Notes: generated by a model from the sequence alone, not told the origin. 64,000 nt of DNA from Candidatus Spongiisociaceae bacterium (GCA_965219685.1 CBDCOH010000002.1:3552001-3616000); one strand, 5' to 3'; shown: positions 20,415 through 31,223, counted from the first letter of the stretch. A program made the numbers and translations.

Positions 20415-22508
20415 ATGTTCCCGTCGAGGAGAAGTACCTGGTCGGCGGTGGTCCTGGTCTCGGTCCTGCTGGGGATCTCGTTGGTTCCGGCCTCCGCCTG
20501 GAACGGGGAAGCCGACGAGCCGGCCCTCTACTCGGCCTGCGTGGGTCCGGCGTTGGAAGAGGCCCGGTTCTCGGATGTCCGCAGGTACCCGGCCGAGATG
20601 AGGCAGGCCATAAACTGCCTCTCCCATTACGGGATCACCTACGGCACCGGCGTCGACACCTTCTCACCGGACGCTCCGGTAAGCCGCGAGCACATGGCGC
20701 TGTTCCTGGTCCGGGCGGCCGGACCGGCCGGGATCGACGTGCCCAGGGCTTCCAGTCGGCCCGCTCGGGACTTCACGGATGTGGAGGGGCTGTCCGACGA
20801 GTCGCTGGAGGCAATCGACCAACTGCTCCGGATGGGCATCACGGTCGGCAAGACCCGCTCCACGTTCGCTCCCCACGAGACGGTCACCCGAGACCAGATG
20901 GCCCTCTTCCTGTACCGGTTCCTCGATCTGGCCCCGGTCGGTCCGGGAGGGGTCGATGTCGAAGACGCCTTCCCCGACGACAGGCACTTCGAGGATCTGA
21001 GGGACTTGCCGATCAGGACTTACGACGCGGTGCGTACCCTGTTCGAGATGGGGGTGGTGGAGGGCACCTCGAGAACCACCTTCAGCCCCCACCGGCCGGT
21101 GACCCGAGCCCAGATGGCGCTGCTGATCACCCGGATGCTCGGCCACACCAACGCCCGGCCCGCCGGCCTCACCATGCAAACGGACGGCGTGGTGGTGGAC
21201 GCCGAAGCCGACGCCGAGGTGGTGATCTCGATACGGGACCGGTGGCATCGCCCCGTACCCGATGAGCTGGTGGACGTGTTCGAGTGGACCGTGCCGGACT
21301 CCCGCCGGGTCGACCCCTTCGATACGCAAGGCCGGTGCGAGGAGGACCAGGTCCGGGTCGTGTTCGGGAACGATCCCTGCGAGATCGATCAGAGCGACGA
21401 CACCACGGACCCGGACGGGAACCTGGAGTTCGAGCTGTTCGTGGACGACGACCTGACCCTGTGGGCGTGGAGCGGGGACCTGCGAGATCGATTCGATCTG
21501 GACCGCACGAACTATGTCTCGATCGAGTTCACCGCCGTGGAGCCGCCAGACGCCTTCAAGGTGACCGACGACATGCATCCCGAAGCGGAGAAGATGCTGT
21601 ACGGGAACTCGGTCACCTTCACGTTCCAGCTGGTTGACGAGGACGGGAAGCCGGTGCGCCGGGGGGACGTGGAGATCGAGATCCAGACTGAGGAGATGAG
21701 CAACAACCAGCTGGCCAGGAGGGAGACCAAGACCTACTACACGGACTCGGGCGGGGAGGTCACCCTCTACTACCGCATCAACCGCGCCCGGTACGGCGAC
21801 ACCAACACCGAAAGCGAGTTGAATGTCATCGTGCTGGACTCAGCCGGTCTGGATGTGACCGACGAGACCACAGTGGACGTCCTGGGCACGGACGTGCTGG
21901 TGTGGTCCAGAGAGGAGCGCGAGCCCACCACCTTGGTGCTGTCCCAGACGCTCGAGTACCACACCGCCGAAGCCAGCGGAGGCCGCAACCGGGTGACCGC
22001 CACCCTCATAGACCAGTACGGCGACCCGGTGCGGGGCGAGATGGTCCACTTCAGGTCGAACGACAGTGCCGGCCTGGACGCCGATTCGACGGATCCGAGC
22101 CTGGCCAAGGAGAACTACCGGAAGCCGACCAGCAGGCGAGGAGAGGCCACGGTCACCTACATCCGCGACTCCGCCACCCCGGAAACCGAAGACTTCGCTA
22201 CCACCTTCGTTGAAGGCGAGACGGTGACCGTCGCTGGGATGACCAAGCATTACTGGGTGCTCCCCGCTCCAGCAGGACAGACCAGCGGCGTACTAGTTCT
22301 CCACGACACCAGGAGGAGCACCCTCGTGTACGACCCGACGAACGCCGGTCCCTACACGATCGCTTACGACTCCAGAGACTATTTCTACCTAGGAGCCAGC
22401 CCGGAAAGCTACGACAGTTTCCGCGCGAAGGTGATGGAAGGCCAGACCCTGACGGTAGACGTGACCTCTCACAGAGCGAGCGACGTCAACACCTTCACGC
22501 GCAGCTAG
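20415..22508 (+). CDS. SLH-domain surface protein, paralog 4
   Basis: YSACVG, HTNARPAG, DQYGDPV, HYW, VNTF; RBS GGAGGA. Confidence 0.9.
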   Translation: MFPSRRSTWSAVVLVSVLLGISLVPASAWNGEADEPALYSACVGPALEEARFSDVRRYPAEMRQAINCLSHYGITYGTGVDTFSPDAPVSREHMALFLVRAAGPAGIDVPRASSRPARDFTDVEGLSDESLEAIDQLLRMGITVGKTRSTFAPHETVTRDQMALFLYRFLDLAPVGPGGVDVEDAFPDDRHFEDLRDLPIRTYDAVRTLFEMGVVEGTSRTTFSPHRPVTRAQMALLITRMLGHTNARPAGLTMQTDGVVVDAEADAEVVISIRDRWHRPVPDELVDVFEWTVPDSRRVDPFDTQGRCEEDQVRVVFGNDPCEIDQSDDTTDPDGNLEFELFVDDDLTLWAWSGDLRDRFDLDRTNYVSIEFTAVEPPDAFKVTDDMHPEAEKMLYGNSVTFTFQLVDEDGKPVRRGDVEIEIQTEEMSNNQLARRETKTYYTDSGGEVTLYYRINRARYGDTNTESELNVIVLDSAGLDVTDETTVDVLGTDVLVWSREEREPTTLVLSQTLEYHTAEASGGRNRVTATLIDQYGDPVRGEMVHFRSNDSAGLDADSTDPSLAKENYRKPTSRRGEATVTYIRDSATPETEDFATTFVEGETVTVAGMTKHYWVLPAPAGQTSGVLVLHDTRRSTLVYDPTNAGPYTIAYDSRDYFYLGASPESYDSFRAKVMEGQTLTVDVTSHRASDVNTFTRS

Positions 22509-22529
22509 CCACTAACTAGCCGCCAGCCG

Positions 22530-24623
22530 TCAGGCCGCGTTGACGCTGATGGTGTGGTAGCCGGTTGCTCCGTCGGGTCGGGGCGGTTGGACCCTGGCGG
22601 TCTGGGTGGAACCGGTGCCGTCGGCTGCTCTGACCGCGATCGTGTGGGGACCGGGGGTGAAGTCGTGTTCCAGGTACCACTGGCGCCAGGTATCTATGGA
22701 CAGTTCCTGGGGAAGGGTCGCGTTCGTCCATGGGCCGTCATCGACCTGGACCTGTACCCTGATGATTCCCCGGTTCTGGGCCCACGCGACTCCGGCGATG
22801 ACGTTGGGGCCGGCTTTGATCTTTCCCTCCCTGGGGGTGTCGATCCGTGACTGGGTCTTGATGGGCGCCTCCTTGGCCCATCCTCTCGGGATCCAGTAGG
22901 CGTCGAAGTCGTTCCATCCGGTGAACTCCACCTCGGTCAGCCACTTGGTGGCCGACACGTATCCGTACAGGCCGGAGACGACCAGGCGGGCCGGGAACCC
23001 GTGTCGGAGCGGGAGCGGCTCACCGTTCATTCCTACCGCCACCAGGGCCTCGCGCCCGTCGAACACCGCGCTGGTGGGGAAGCCCACCGTGAACCTGTCG
23101 ACCGACCGGCCAACCAACTGGGTGCCTCCCCGCCGGACACCGGCCCGCTCGACGAGCTTCCAGAGTGGAACGCCCAGCCACTTGGCGTTGCCGACCAGAT
23201 TCCCGCCCACCTGGTTCGACACGCAGGCGAGCGTGATGTAGCGCTCCACCAGCGGCATGGCGATCAACTCGTCGTAGGTGATGCTGAAGGGGGTGTCCAC
23301 CTGGCCGGTGAAGGAGAGGGTCCAGGTCCGGAGGTCGACAGTGGGAGTGCCGATGGCGGTGTCGACCACGTAGAACTCGTGGTTGGGCGTGATCAGGTCC
23401 GAGACGCCGTCGACGGGTGCGATCTGGGCACGGGTCGGAGCCGCCACGCCGGAAACGGCCGGCTCGGTTGTGGTGGTCGTCTGGACTGGCTGGGTGGTTG
23501 TGGTGGTCGTCTGGACTGGCTGGGTGGTCGTGGTGGTCGTCTCGACTGGCTGGGTGGTTGTGGTGGTCGTCTGGGCCGGCTGGGTGGTTGTGGTGGTGGT
23601 CTGGACTGGCTGGGTGGTTGTGGTCTCGACCGGCTGTGCTGTGGTGGTGGCCCCCTGCGTCGTCTCGGTGGTTGCGGGCTGGGTGGTTGTGGTTTCGACC
23701 GGCTGTGCTGTGGTGGTGGCCCCCTGCGTCGTTTCGGTGGTTGCGGGCTGTGTGGTGGTGGCGTCGGACGGCTGGGTCGTTCCGGCGGTCTCGGCGGCGG
23801 CAGGGACGGTCTCGTTCGTGGCGGGTGCCTCCGGCGCCTGGGTGATCTCGGCGGCGGCGGCGGTGGAGGGCGCCTCGGCCGCCTGAACGGTGTCGGCGGA
23901 GGCCGATGTGGGTTCGGTGGCAGCCATCGTGTCGGCGGCGGCCGTCCCCGTCGTGGTCGCGGTGTCGTCCGCCGACGGAAATGCGGTGGGGAGTGTCACC
24001 TGCTCCCGTCCGATGACGGCCGACCGTACCCGGCTTCCGAGGTAGCGGCCGAGGAGAGTCTCGCCCACCGATACGGCCACCGTCGCGGCCGACGCGGTGA
24101 GGAAGACGCGCCGTGATCCGGCGGCGACGCCTCCCTCGGGAGAAACGGAACGCTGCAACAGGAAGCGGAGTCCCAACAGCACCCCTACGCCCATGGCCGT
24201 AGCAGCCGCCGCGGCGACCAAGGGAAGAAGGGCTCCGGCCAGCGGGTCGGTCCGCCCTGCCGCATAGCCGACCATGCCGAACACTACGAAGCCGGCCGCG
24301 GCCAGACCCGGACGGTCCCTGGCCAGGATGCCGAGAAAAGCGCCGATCACGAGGGAAACAACGACGATCCCGATCACCAGCACCAACTTGTCATTGGTGC
24401 CGAAGGTGGCGATGGCCCAATCCACGACAGGTACCGGGCTGTTGTCGATGACCCGTTGACCGATAGTGCGTATCAGAGACGGCGCGGACAGGAAGAGACC
24501 CGCCACCAGCTCGGAAACGGCGAGAGCGGCGCCCGCGGCGACCACACCCAGCAGAGCGAAGTCGAGCCGGGACCGCAAGGAGATGCGACGCCTGGGTTCC
24601 GGAGCCTGGTCTTCATGCTTCAT
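22530..24623 (-). CDS. Membrane-bound molybdopterin oxidoreductase (sulfite oxidase/MsrP-like) with long Thr-rich linker
   Basis: N-terminal TM helices, SRRVFL twin-Arg-like motif, TLACVSN, MNGEPLPLRHGFPARLVV, SATKW. Confidence 0.9.
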   Translation of the reverse strand: MKHEDQAPEPRRRISLRSRLDFALLGVVAAGAALAVSELVAGLFLSAPSLIRTIGQRVIDNSPVPVVDWAIATFGTNDKLVLVIGIVVVSLVIGAFLGILARDRPGLAAAGFVVFGMVGYAAGRTDPLAGALLPLVAAAAATAMGVGVLLGLRFLLQRSVSPEGGVAAGSRRVFLTASAATVAVSVGETLLGRYLGSRVRSAVIGREQVTLPTAFPSADDTATTTGTAAADTMAATEPTSASADTVQAAEAPSTAAAAEITQAPEAPATNETVPAAAETAGTTQPSDATTTQPATTETTQGATTTAQPVETTTTQPATTETTQGATTTAQPVETTTTQPVQTTTTTTQPAQTTTTTTQPVETTTTTTQPVQTTTTTTQPVQTTTTTEPAVSGVAAPTRAQIAPVDGVSDLITPNHEFYVVDTAIGTPTVDLRTWTLSFTGQVDTPFSITYDELIAMPLVERYITLACVSNQVGGNLVGNAKWLGVPLWKLVERAGVRRGGTQLVGRSVDRFTVGFPTSAVFDGREALVAVGMNGEPLPLRHGFPARLVVSGLYGYVSATKWLTEVEFTGWNDFDAYWIPRGWAKEAPIKTQSRIDTPREGKIKAGPNVIAGVAWAQNRGIIRVQVQVDDGPWTNATLPQELSIDTWRQWYLEHDFTPGPHTIAVRAADGTGSTQTARVQPPRPDGATGYHTISVNAA
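23465..23780 (-). repeat. Coding Thr-rich repeats (QPVQTTTTTT)
   Basis: 30-bp units plus a 63-bp duplication inside the molybdoenzyme linker. Confidence 0.85.
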
Positions 24624-25133
24624 CCATCCAAGAGTAGAGGGATCTGGTGGATTGTGGATGGTGGAATTAGTGGCTTGTGGCGAGCCCCGAGTCTTCATCG
24701 ATCGGGGTTTGTAGGGGTTGACGGAGCGGGAGTTCTGGAATCCTGACCTGGCATTACGGCTACCGATAGCCTTGTCCTGGAGACGGTGCGAGTTCACCCG
24801 CCGCGTGAAGGCGGCCTCTACGGAGTCCATAGGGTTCAACTGGCCTGATGTACATCGGTGTGCCGGGGACATGAAGATGCTTCTATGACGCTCCCATATT
24901 GTGGAAGTCGGTTGTCGGTATCTATCCACTATTGAGATCGGGTGGAGAGATGATGTTTGTGGCCCGGCGCGCTCGAGTGCTGGGATAAGGCTGTGTTGTG
25001 TCCGGAGGCTCCGGCGGCCCGCATGGTGGTGACGCCTGCACCACCCACGATGCACCGCCAGAGGCCCCGGATCCCGATCCGATCCCAGGTCGCCCCACCA
25101 GCCACAAACCACAAGTCACAAGCCACCGTTACT

Positions 25134-27236
25134 ATGTCTCCAGGCAAGCAGACGGAGGTAGTGCGGGTGTTGCAGGAGGCTAAAGGCCGTTGGCGGTGGA
25201 TCGGGCCGATCCTCCTAGCGGTGGTCGGTTCCCTTCTGGCTGTTCCAGCGGTTCCCGTAGCCGCGCGGTCCGGGCATGCGGACCATCCCGCCCGGTATTC
25301 GGCCTGCGTGGGGGCCGCGACCAAGCCGTTCGGGTTCGATGACACGGAAGGCAACTTTGCAGCGGCGGCCATAGATTGCCTGGCGCACTACCGGATCACC
25401 AAGGGGACCTCGGCGACCTCATACAGCCCCGGCGAGGTGATACCACGGTGGCAGATGGCTCTCTTCCTCGCTCGGGCGACCGGCCCGACCGGCATCACGC
25501 TACCGCCTCCCGTCGCGCGGGGATACACCGACATCGCCCGGTTGAGTCCCGCTGCCCGCGATGCCATCCACCAGCTGGCGCAGTTGGGGATCATGCTCGG
25601 CACGTCCGCCACAACCTTCGACCCGTACGCGCCGGTGACCCGCGTGCAGATGGCGGTGCTGCTTGCCCGGTTCCTGGACGCCGCCCCTACGGGTCCGGGA
25701 GGAACGGACATCAAGGACGTGGAACCCGACGACAATGTCTTCCGTGATCTCAGCGGGGTGCCGTTCAGCACGTACCAGGCGATCCGCCGTCTCTACGAAC
25801 TGGACGTCACCGAGGGCACATCGGCCAGCACCTTCTCGCCTGCCGCGCCGGTGAGCCGGGCCCAGATGGCCGCTTTCATCACCCGGATGCTGGCCCACAC
25901 CAACGCCCGCCCGTCCGGCGTGTCCGTGCAGACTCCCGAGGAAGATGTATTCGCGAACTCTGACGCCCTCGTGCTGGTCTCGGTGCGTGACCCCAATCAC
26001 CAGCCGTTCTTCGAAGCGAGCGTGGACATCTTCATGGCCGCCGATCCCACCAAGGCCTTCGACAAGGACGGCCGCTGCACGGAGAAAGCCCTGGCTGCGG
26101 CGGGTGCGCTGGCGTGTGTCATGGACAACTCCGACCCGGAGACCGATGCCGCGGGCAACGCGTCGGTCCCGGTGGAGGTCGGCGATGACGACTCCCTGCG
26201 TATATGGGCGTGGAGAGGGGAAGACGGCGCGGCTTTCGACGAGAATACCTCCGAGGCGGCGACCGTCGACATCGAGCTTCTCAGCGACGCCACCGCCTTG
26301 GAGGTCACCGACGACCTCGCACCCACCGCCCGCAAACTCCGCTTCGGCGGCTCAGTGACGTTCACGTTCCAGTTGATCGACAGGGACGGCGACCCGGTGT
26401 CGAAGCCGGGCGTCAGCTTCAGCATCAACGTGGCGGAGTCGAGGGACAACGGCCGCACCTTCGACCGGAGCGTCATCACCAAGGAGACCGGTGTCGACGG
26501 CGCCGCCCAGGTGACCTTCCTCCACTCGGACCCCACCGCCCAGCCGGGTGACGTGGCCAGCCTCGACCTCGATGTCAGGATCGGCAACAACCTGGGCGTC
26601 GTGGACGCCACCACCATCGGGATGGTGGACGACGACGGCACCAACGACGATCCCCTGCTCGACTGGGTCGACGAACGCGCCGAGCCCACTTCGCTCGTGC
26701 TGACGGTGCCCAGGGAATACCGGGTCGCCTCCTCGGAGGACACCGGCGCGGGCGGCGCCGTGAGGGCTACCCTCACCGACCAGTTCGGCGGACCGGTGGT
26801 TCGCGAGCAGATCTCCTTCAGGTCGAGCGATCCCATGGGGGTTCCCAGCGGGGTGCGGCGCGCCACCAACTCGAGCGGCGTGGCCACCCTCCACTACCTG
26901 CGGGACTCCGCGGCGGGCGGCGTCGAGAGGATCACCGGCCAGTACGAGCGGGTGGTGGCCACCGTCCGCCAGTTCTGGGCGGGCCGGGTGACCGGCGCCG
27001 CCACCGGCTCCGGTGAGGTGAGGGTCGTGAACACGGACGACAACACGGTGATCGTGGTGGCGGGCCGCGACGTCCGGCTGGTCGCGTACGACGCCAACGA
27101 CCACCTCTACATCGGCACGGAGACGGTTCACATAGACGGATTCGAGGAAGCCCTGAGCGTCGGCGACACCCTCGCCTACGAGATCAGCAGCACGGCCGAG
27201 AACGCGATCAACACCTTCACGCTCACCGACAGTTGA
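25134..27236 (+). CDS. SLH-domain surface protein, paralog 5 (start 25134 or 25161)
   Basis: YSACVG, HTNARPSG, DQFGGPV, QFW, INTF. Confidence 0.9.
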   Translation: MSPGKQTEVVRVLQEAKGRWRWIGPILLAVVGSLLAVPAVPVAARSGHADHPARYSACVGAATKPFGFDDTEGNFAAAAIDCLAHYRITKGTSATSYSPGEVIPRWQMALFLARATGPTGITLPPPVARGYTDIARLSPAARDAIHQLAQLGIMLGTSATTFDPYAPVTRVQMAVLLARFLDAAPTGPGGTDIKDVEPDDNVFRDLSGVPFSTYQAIRRLYELDVTEGTSASTFSPAAPVSRAQMAAFITRMLAHTNARPSGVSVQTPEEDVFANSDALVLVSVRDPNHQPFFEASVDIFMAADPTKAFDKDGRCTEKALAAAGALACVMDNSDPETDAAGNASVPVEVGDDDSLRIWAWRGEDGAAFDENTSEAATVDIELLSDATALEVTDDLAPTARKLRFGGSVTFTFQLIDRDGDPVSKPGVSFSINVAESRDNGRTFDRSVITKETGVDGAAQVTFLHSDPTAQPGDVASLDLDVRIGNNLGVVDATTIGMVDDDGTNDDPLLDWVDERAEPTSLVLTVPREYRVASSEDTGAGGAVRATLTDQFGGPVVREQISFRSSDPMGVPSGVRRATNSSGVATLHYLRDSAAGGVERITGQYERVVATVRQFWAGRVTGAATGSGEVRVVNTDDNTVIVVAGRDVRLVAYDANDHLYIGTETVHIDGFEEALSVGDTLAYEISSTAENAINTFTLTDS

Positions 27237-27564
27237 GTTCCTCGGCAAAGGGGTGGACAGTGGTCGGTGGTCGGCTCCCCAGGTACGAGCACGGTCGGCG
27301 CCGGGTCGTGACCCGCAGGGCGTACCCCACGCGCTCAGCGGCCATCGTCGGAGGCGCCGCCCGATCGGATAACGGAGAGGGCCGGCTCTCGCAGCCCGAG
27401 TGAAGGAACTCACCCGAACCGGTGTTCCGGCTGATCCGGATAGATCGGGTTAGGACGACCTTTCCACTAGCCTTCACCGGTGGGACCGCCATGATCCGAG
27501 GGACCGGACATCCCGGCGGGGATTGGCTCGAAGAAACCGCAAGAGGCCGGCACATGACAGGCAC

Positions 27565-29661
27565 ATGACAGTTTTCTCGAATCGTACGGGTGCGATCCTG
27601 GCGACGACCATGGTCGCTTCCCTGCTCGTGCTGGCACCCGGACCGCTGAAGGCGGTCGACGGCAGGTCCGACAACGTGGCGGCCTACTCCGCCTGCGTGG
27701 GTCCTGCAACTGTATCGGCGGATTTCGCCGATACAGTTGATCACTTCGCCGAGAAGGCCATCGACTGCCTCGCGTACTACGGGATAACGCTGGGCACCGC
27801 CGCGGGCCAGTTCTCCCCCGACCAGTTCATCACCCGCGCGCAGATGGCCCTATTCCTCGTCCGGGCGGCCGGTCCGGCGGGGGTGAGCCTGCCCACGCCG
27901 GCGAGCCGGGGGTTCTTGGACATCTTGGGCGAGGCGCAATTCGTCCGGGATGCGATCAACCAGATCGCGGCGCTCGGAATCACGGCGGGCACGTCAGCCA
28001 CCACATTCCACCCTGACGTCCACATGGACCGCCGGACGATGGCCCTCTTCCTCTACCGGTTCCTCCTGCTGACCCAGCAGGGACCGGGCGGGACCGGCGC
28101 GGCCCTGGTGACGCCCGACGACACATTGTTCGAAGATTTGGGCAACGAGGACGATGCGGTTGTCAACGCAGTCGGCGTGCTCTACGAGATGGGCGTGACC
28201 CACGGCAAGACGGCTACGACCTTCGCTCCTTCCGACCTGGTGACTCGGGCGCAGATGGCGCTGTTCATGACCCGGGCCCTGGCGCACTCCAACACCCGGC
28301 CGGCCCGCGTGACCATCCAGAGCCGGGCCGACGTCGTTCCCAGCGGGGACACACTCGAGGTGAGTATCTCCGTCAGGGACACCAGGTTCCGCCCGAGGTC
28401 AGGGTCGCTGGTCGACGTGTTCTCCACCCCTTCCCGAGACCCGTACGCCTCGTTCGGTCAGGACGGGGACTGCCTCCGAAGGGTGGAGGTGGCCTTCGGA
28501 AGCCGAGTCTGCGTGATCGATCAATCGGACCGGCGCCTGGACCAGATGGGCAACCTGGTAGTCGTCCTCGAACCCACCGACAACCTGCTGCTATGGGCAT
28601 GGACGGGTTCTTCGGGCGAGGAGTTCCGCACCAACGCCACCGAGTACGGTTCCATCCGGATCGAGGTGCTCAAGCCTGCCACGGCGGTGAGGGTCCGTGA
28701 CGACATGAAACCTGCGGCCGCCATCCTGAAGTTGGGCGAAACCGTGGAGATGACGTTCGAACTGGTCGACGAAGACGGTCGCCCGGTCGCCGAGTCCGGG
28801 GTACGGATCCAGCTGGCCACGACCTACGAGACGAACGGCGTGATCGGCCGGACCAACATCAGGACGCACCGGACCGACGGGGATGGGCGGGTGGTGGTTC
28901 CGCTCTCGGCGGCGGACCCCGACCTCACATCCGGTGGCGACTCGGTGAAGGTCGACATCGATGTGCTGGTGCAGGCGCTCGAGGTGGTGGATCGGAGCAG
29001 CCTGCGGGTGGTGGAGAACGATGACGACGACAGCACCGACACCCTGATCACCTGGTCCGAGGCGGCCCCGGTGGCCTGGACCCTCCGGTTGCGCCAAGCC
29101 TCCACGTACAACCAGCTGGACGATTCCATCCTCGGTCCGGTGAACGTGGTCCGGGCGACGCTCAGGGACCAGTACGGCGATCCGGTGGAGGCCGCCATGA
29201 TCCAGTTCTCCTCGGATCAGCCCTTGGGCCTTGGTACGACCGGTGTGACCAGGACCGCAGGGGTCGACGGGGTGGCCACCCTGCGGTATATGTGGAACGG
29301 TTCCGGGTCGGCGTCCGAACTCATCTCCGCCGAGGCCACAGGCTTGGACGTCGAGGCTGTGTCCGTTCACCACTACTGGGCGGTTCTCCAGGCGGGAGGC
29401 AGGTCCGCCCTGGCGGTCCCCATCCTGGCGAGCGACATCTACAGGAACGTCATCCTCCACGACGCCAGGTCGCCGCGGCTGCTCCGTTACGACGCCAACG
29501 ACCGTTTCTCGATCCGGGACACCGTCGTCAGCATGACCGCCTTCGAGGAGGCCCTTACCAGCGGCGACTACAGCCGGATCACCTACACCAAGTACTTCGA
29601 CGAGCCCGAAGATGTCAGCTTCTTCGACCTCACCAACACCAGGATTTTCGACGACGCCTAG
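27565..29661 (+). CDS. SLH-domain surface protein, paralog 6
   Basis: YSACVG, HSNTRPAR, DQYGDPV, HYW. Confidence 0.9.
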   Translation: MTVFSNRTGAILATTMVASLLVLAPGPLKAVDGRSDNVAAYSACVGPATVSADFADTVDHFAEKAIDCLAYYGITLGTAAGQFSPDQFITRAQMALFLVRAAGPAGVSLPTPASRGFLDILGEAQFVRDAINQIAALGITAGTSATTFHPDVHMDRRTMALFLYRFLLLTQQGPGGTGAALVTPDDTLFEDLGNEDDAVVNAVGVLYEMGVTHGKTATTFAPSDLVTRAQMALFMTRALAHSNTRPARVTIQSRADVVPSGDTLEVSISVRDTRFRPRSGSLVDVFSTPSRDPYASFGQDGDCLRRVEVAFGSRVCVIDQSDRRLDQMGNLVVVLEPTDNLLLWAWTGSSGEEFRTNATEYGSIRIEVLKPATAVRVRDDMKPAAAILKLGETVEMTFELVDEDGRPVAESGVRIQLATTYETNGVIGRTNIRTHRTDGDGRVVVPLSAADPDLTSGGDSVKVDIDVLVQALEVVDRSSLRVVENDDDDSTDTLITWSEAAPVAWTLRLRQASTYNQLDDSILGPVNVVRATLRDQYGDPVEAAMIQFSSDQPLGLGTTGVTRTAGVDGVATLRYMWNGSGSASELISAEATGLDVEAVSVHHYWAVLQAGGRSALAVPILASDIYRNVILHDARSPRLLRYDANDRFSIRDTVVSMTAFEEALTSGDYSRITYTKYFDEPEDVSFFDLTNTRIFDDA

Positions 29662-30019
29662 CCCCAGCGGCAACGGCGGCATCGACTCGAGCGAGGCGAG
29701 CCGTCGGCGGACCGGTGGCCGGTGCCCGGCCGTTCGCCTGCCCCTGACCCCCCGAAATCGCACCGAACCGCCGGGTTTGCCGTATGAAAATGATTATCAA
29801 GGAATGTCTTGTCCGATTTGCCACCGTTCGGCGCTCTGGTCTGGTATTTTTGCGCCACCCGTAGTTCGCGCTCTTGTCTGCCGGAAAGCCCCTGAGGCCG
29901 TCCGGATCGGGCAGGAAGCCGGTTGGCGGACTGCACAGAAGATCCGGTTAAGGGGTCGGTTTGAGAAGTTCGGTACAGGCTGGTCCGCTGTCCCAGCGGC
30001 TTAGATTCACATTTCAGTT

Positions 30020-30880
30020 GTGAAAGGAGTTGACCAACTGCTCTCAGACACAATGAAGAAGCGCTACGAGCGGGAGTGGGCCCGGTGGGAGACCTGGGCT
30101 TCGTCGCACGGGTATTCGTCGCTTCCCGCCGAGACGGCCCACATCGCCGAGTACGCGATGGGCCTGCTGGCGTTGGGGGCTGCGCCCTCGGGTGTGGGGA
30201 TGGTGCTGTCCTCCATCCGGTGGCGCCACCATATCGCGAACGCCGACCCTCCTCCCGACAATGAGCTAATACCGGCAACCTCGAGCGCTCCCTCCGAAGG
30301 GGAGCCCATCACCCGGGCCGACGCCGCCGCCCTGATCGAGGTCACCAGCCTGCGAAGGTCCTACCGCGTGGGGAGGGGCGTCAGGCGGGAGCGGCAGTCG
30401 CGCACCAACAAGCGCGCCGTCATCGACTCGGTCATCATCGGGCTGGTGTGGGAGACGCTGGCCACGGCCAGCGAGATCGCCGGCCTGGAGTGGGCCGACG
30501 TGGATCTGGCCGGACGCAGGGTGCGGTACGCGGAGCGGGACGGCTGGTCCCCGGTCTCGGAGGGGCTCGCCCACCGGCTCACGCTGCTGGCCGAGTTCCA
30601 GAACGCCACCACGAGTGTGGTGGGACTCTCGCCCGCCTCCGTCAGGCGCCGGGTACGCGAGGCTGCCGAGTACGGAGACCTCGGCTCCGGCTGGTCGCTG
30701 CGCCGGCTCCGGACCGGAGCGGTCCAGGCCATCGCCGAGCGCGGGGCGTCGATGGCGGATGTCACCCGAGCCGGCCTGTCGCTGCCCGGCACGGCCGGAC
30801 AGGCCGAGAGCGAGGCCATCGGAGTTGGTGAAGGCCTCGCCGCCCACCTGCAGGACTCGCCGGTACCGAAACCCGACTGA
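30020..30880 (+). CDS. Cre-like tyrosine recombinase homolog with degenerate catalytic residues
   Basis: N-terminal YxxxWxxWxxW...LPA...LSSIRWRH core-binding pattern; LATASEIAGLEWADVD; SLRRLRTG. Confidence 0.7.
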   Translation: MKGVDQLLSDTMKKRYEREWARWETWASSHGYSSLPAETAHIAEYAMGLLALGAAPSGVGMVLSSIRWRHHIANADPPPDNELIPATSSAPSEGEPITRADAAALIEVTSLRRSYRVGRGVRRERQSRTNKRAVIDSVIIGLVWETLATASEIAGLEWADVDLAGRRVRYAERDGWSPVSEGLAHRLTLLAEFQNATTSVVGLSPASVRRRVREAAEYGDLGSGWSLRRLRTGAVQAIAERGASMADVTRAGLSLPGTAGQAESEAIGVGEGLAAHLQDSPVPKPD

Positions 30881-30896
30881 TCGGTCACCGACCGGG

Positions 30897-31223
30897 CGGA
30901 TCCCGTTCGGTGCGGGGACTCCCGGAGATTCGGAGCAGGCGATCGGGTCTGCACGATCGACACGTCCGACCTGCGTCTCGACGGGTCCTTTACGGCGACA
31001 CCATGCGCAACGTCATCCTGCACGACGAAGTGGCCCCGTTGCTGCTGCGCTAGGACGCCAACGACCGCTTCTCGATCCGGGACGCCGTCGTGACCATGGA
31101 CGTCTTCGAGGAGGCACTGGCGTCCGGGAGCTACGGGCGGGTCAGCTACAGCCGGTACTCCTCGGACCCGCCGAGGTCAGTAACTTCGACCTCACCAACA
31201 CCAGGATCTTCGACACCGCCTAG
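30897..31223 (+). pseudogene. Collapsed remnant of an SLH paralog 6-like gene
   Basis: RVCTIDTSDLRLD (cf. RVCVIDQSDRRLD) joined to RNVILHD...LLR*DANDRFSIRD...FDLTNTRIFD, with a stop and a frameshift. Confidence 0.8.

Noticed and set aside
24624-25112. N-terminal extension of the molybdoenzyme ORF
   Set aside because: Chance open frame across a divergent intergenic region. The same applies to the extensions of ORFs at 40433, 48040, 49882, 53559 and 54497.
27550-27571. 11-bp direct repeat GCACATGACAG x2 at the start of paralog 6
   Set aside because: Too short and isolated to assign a function.
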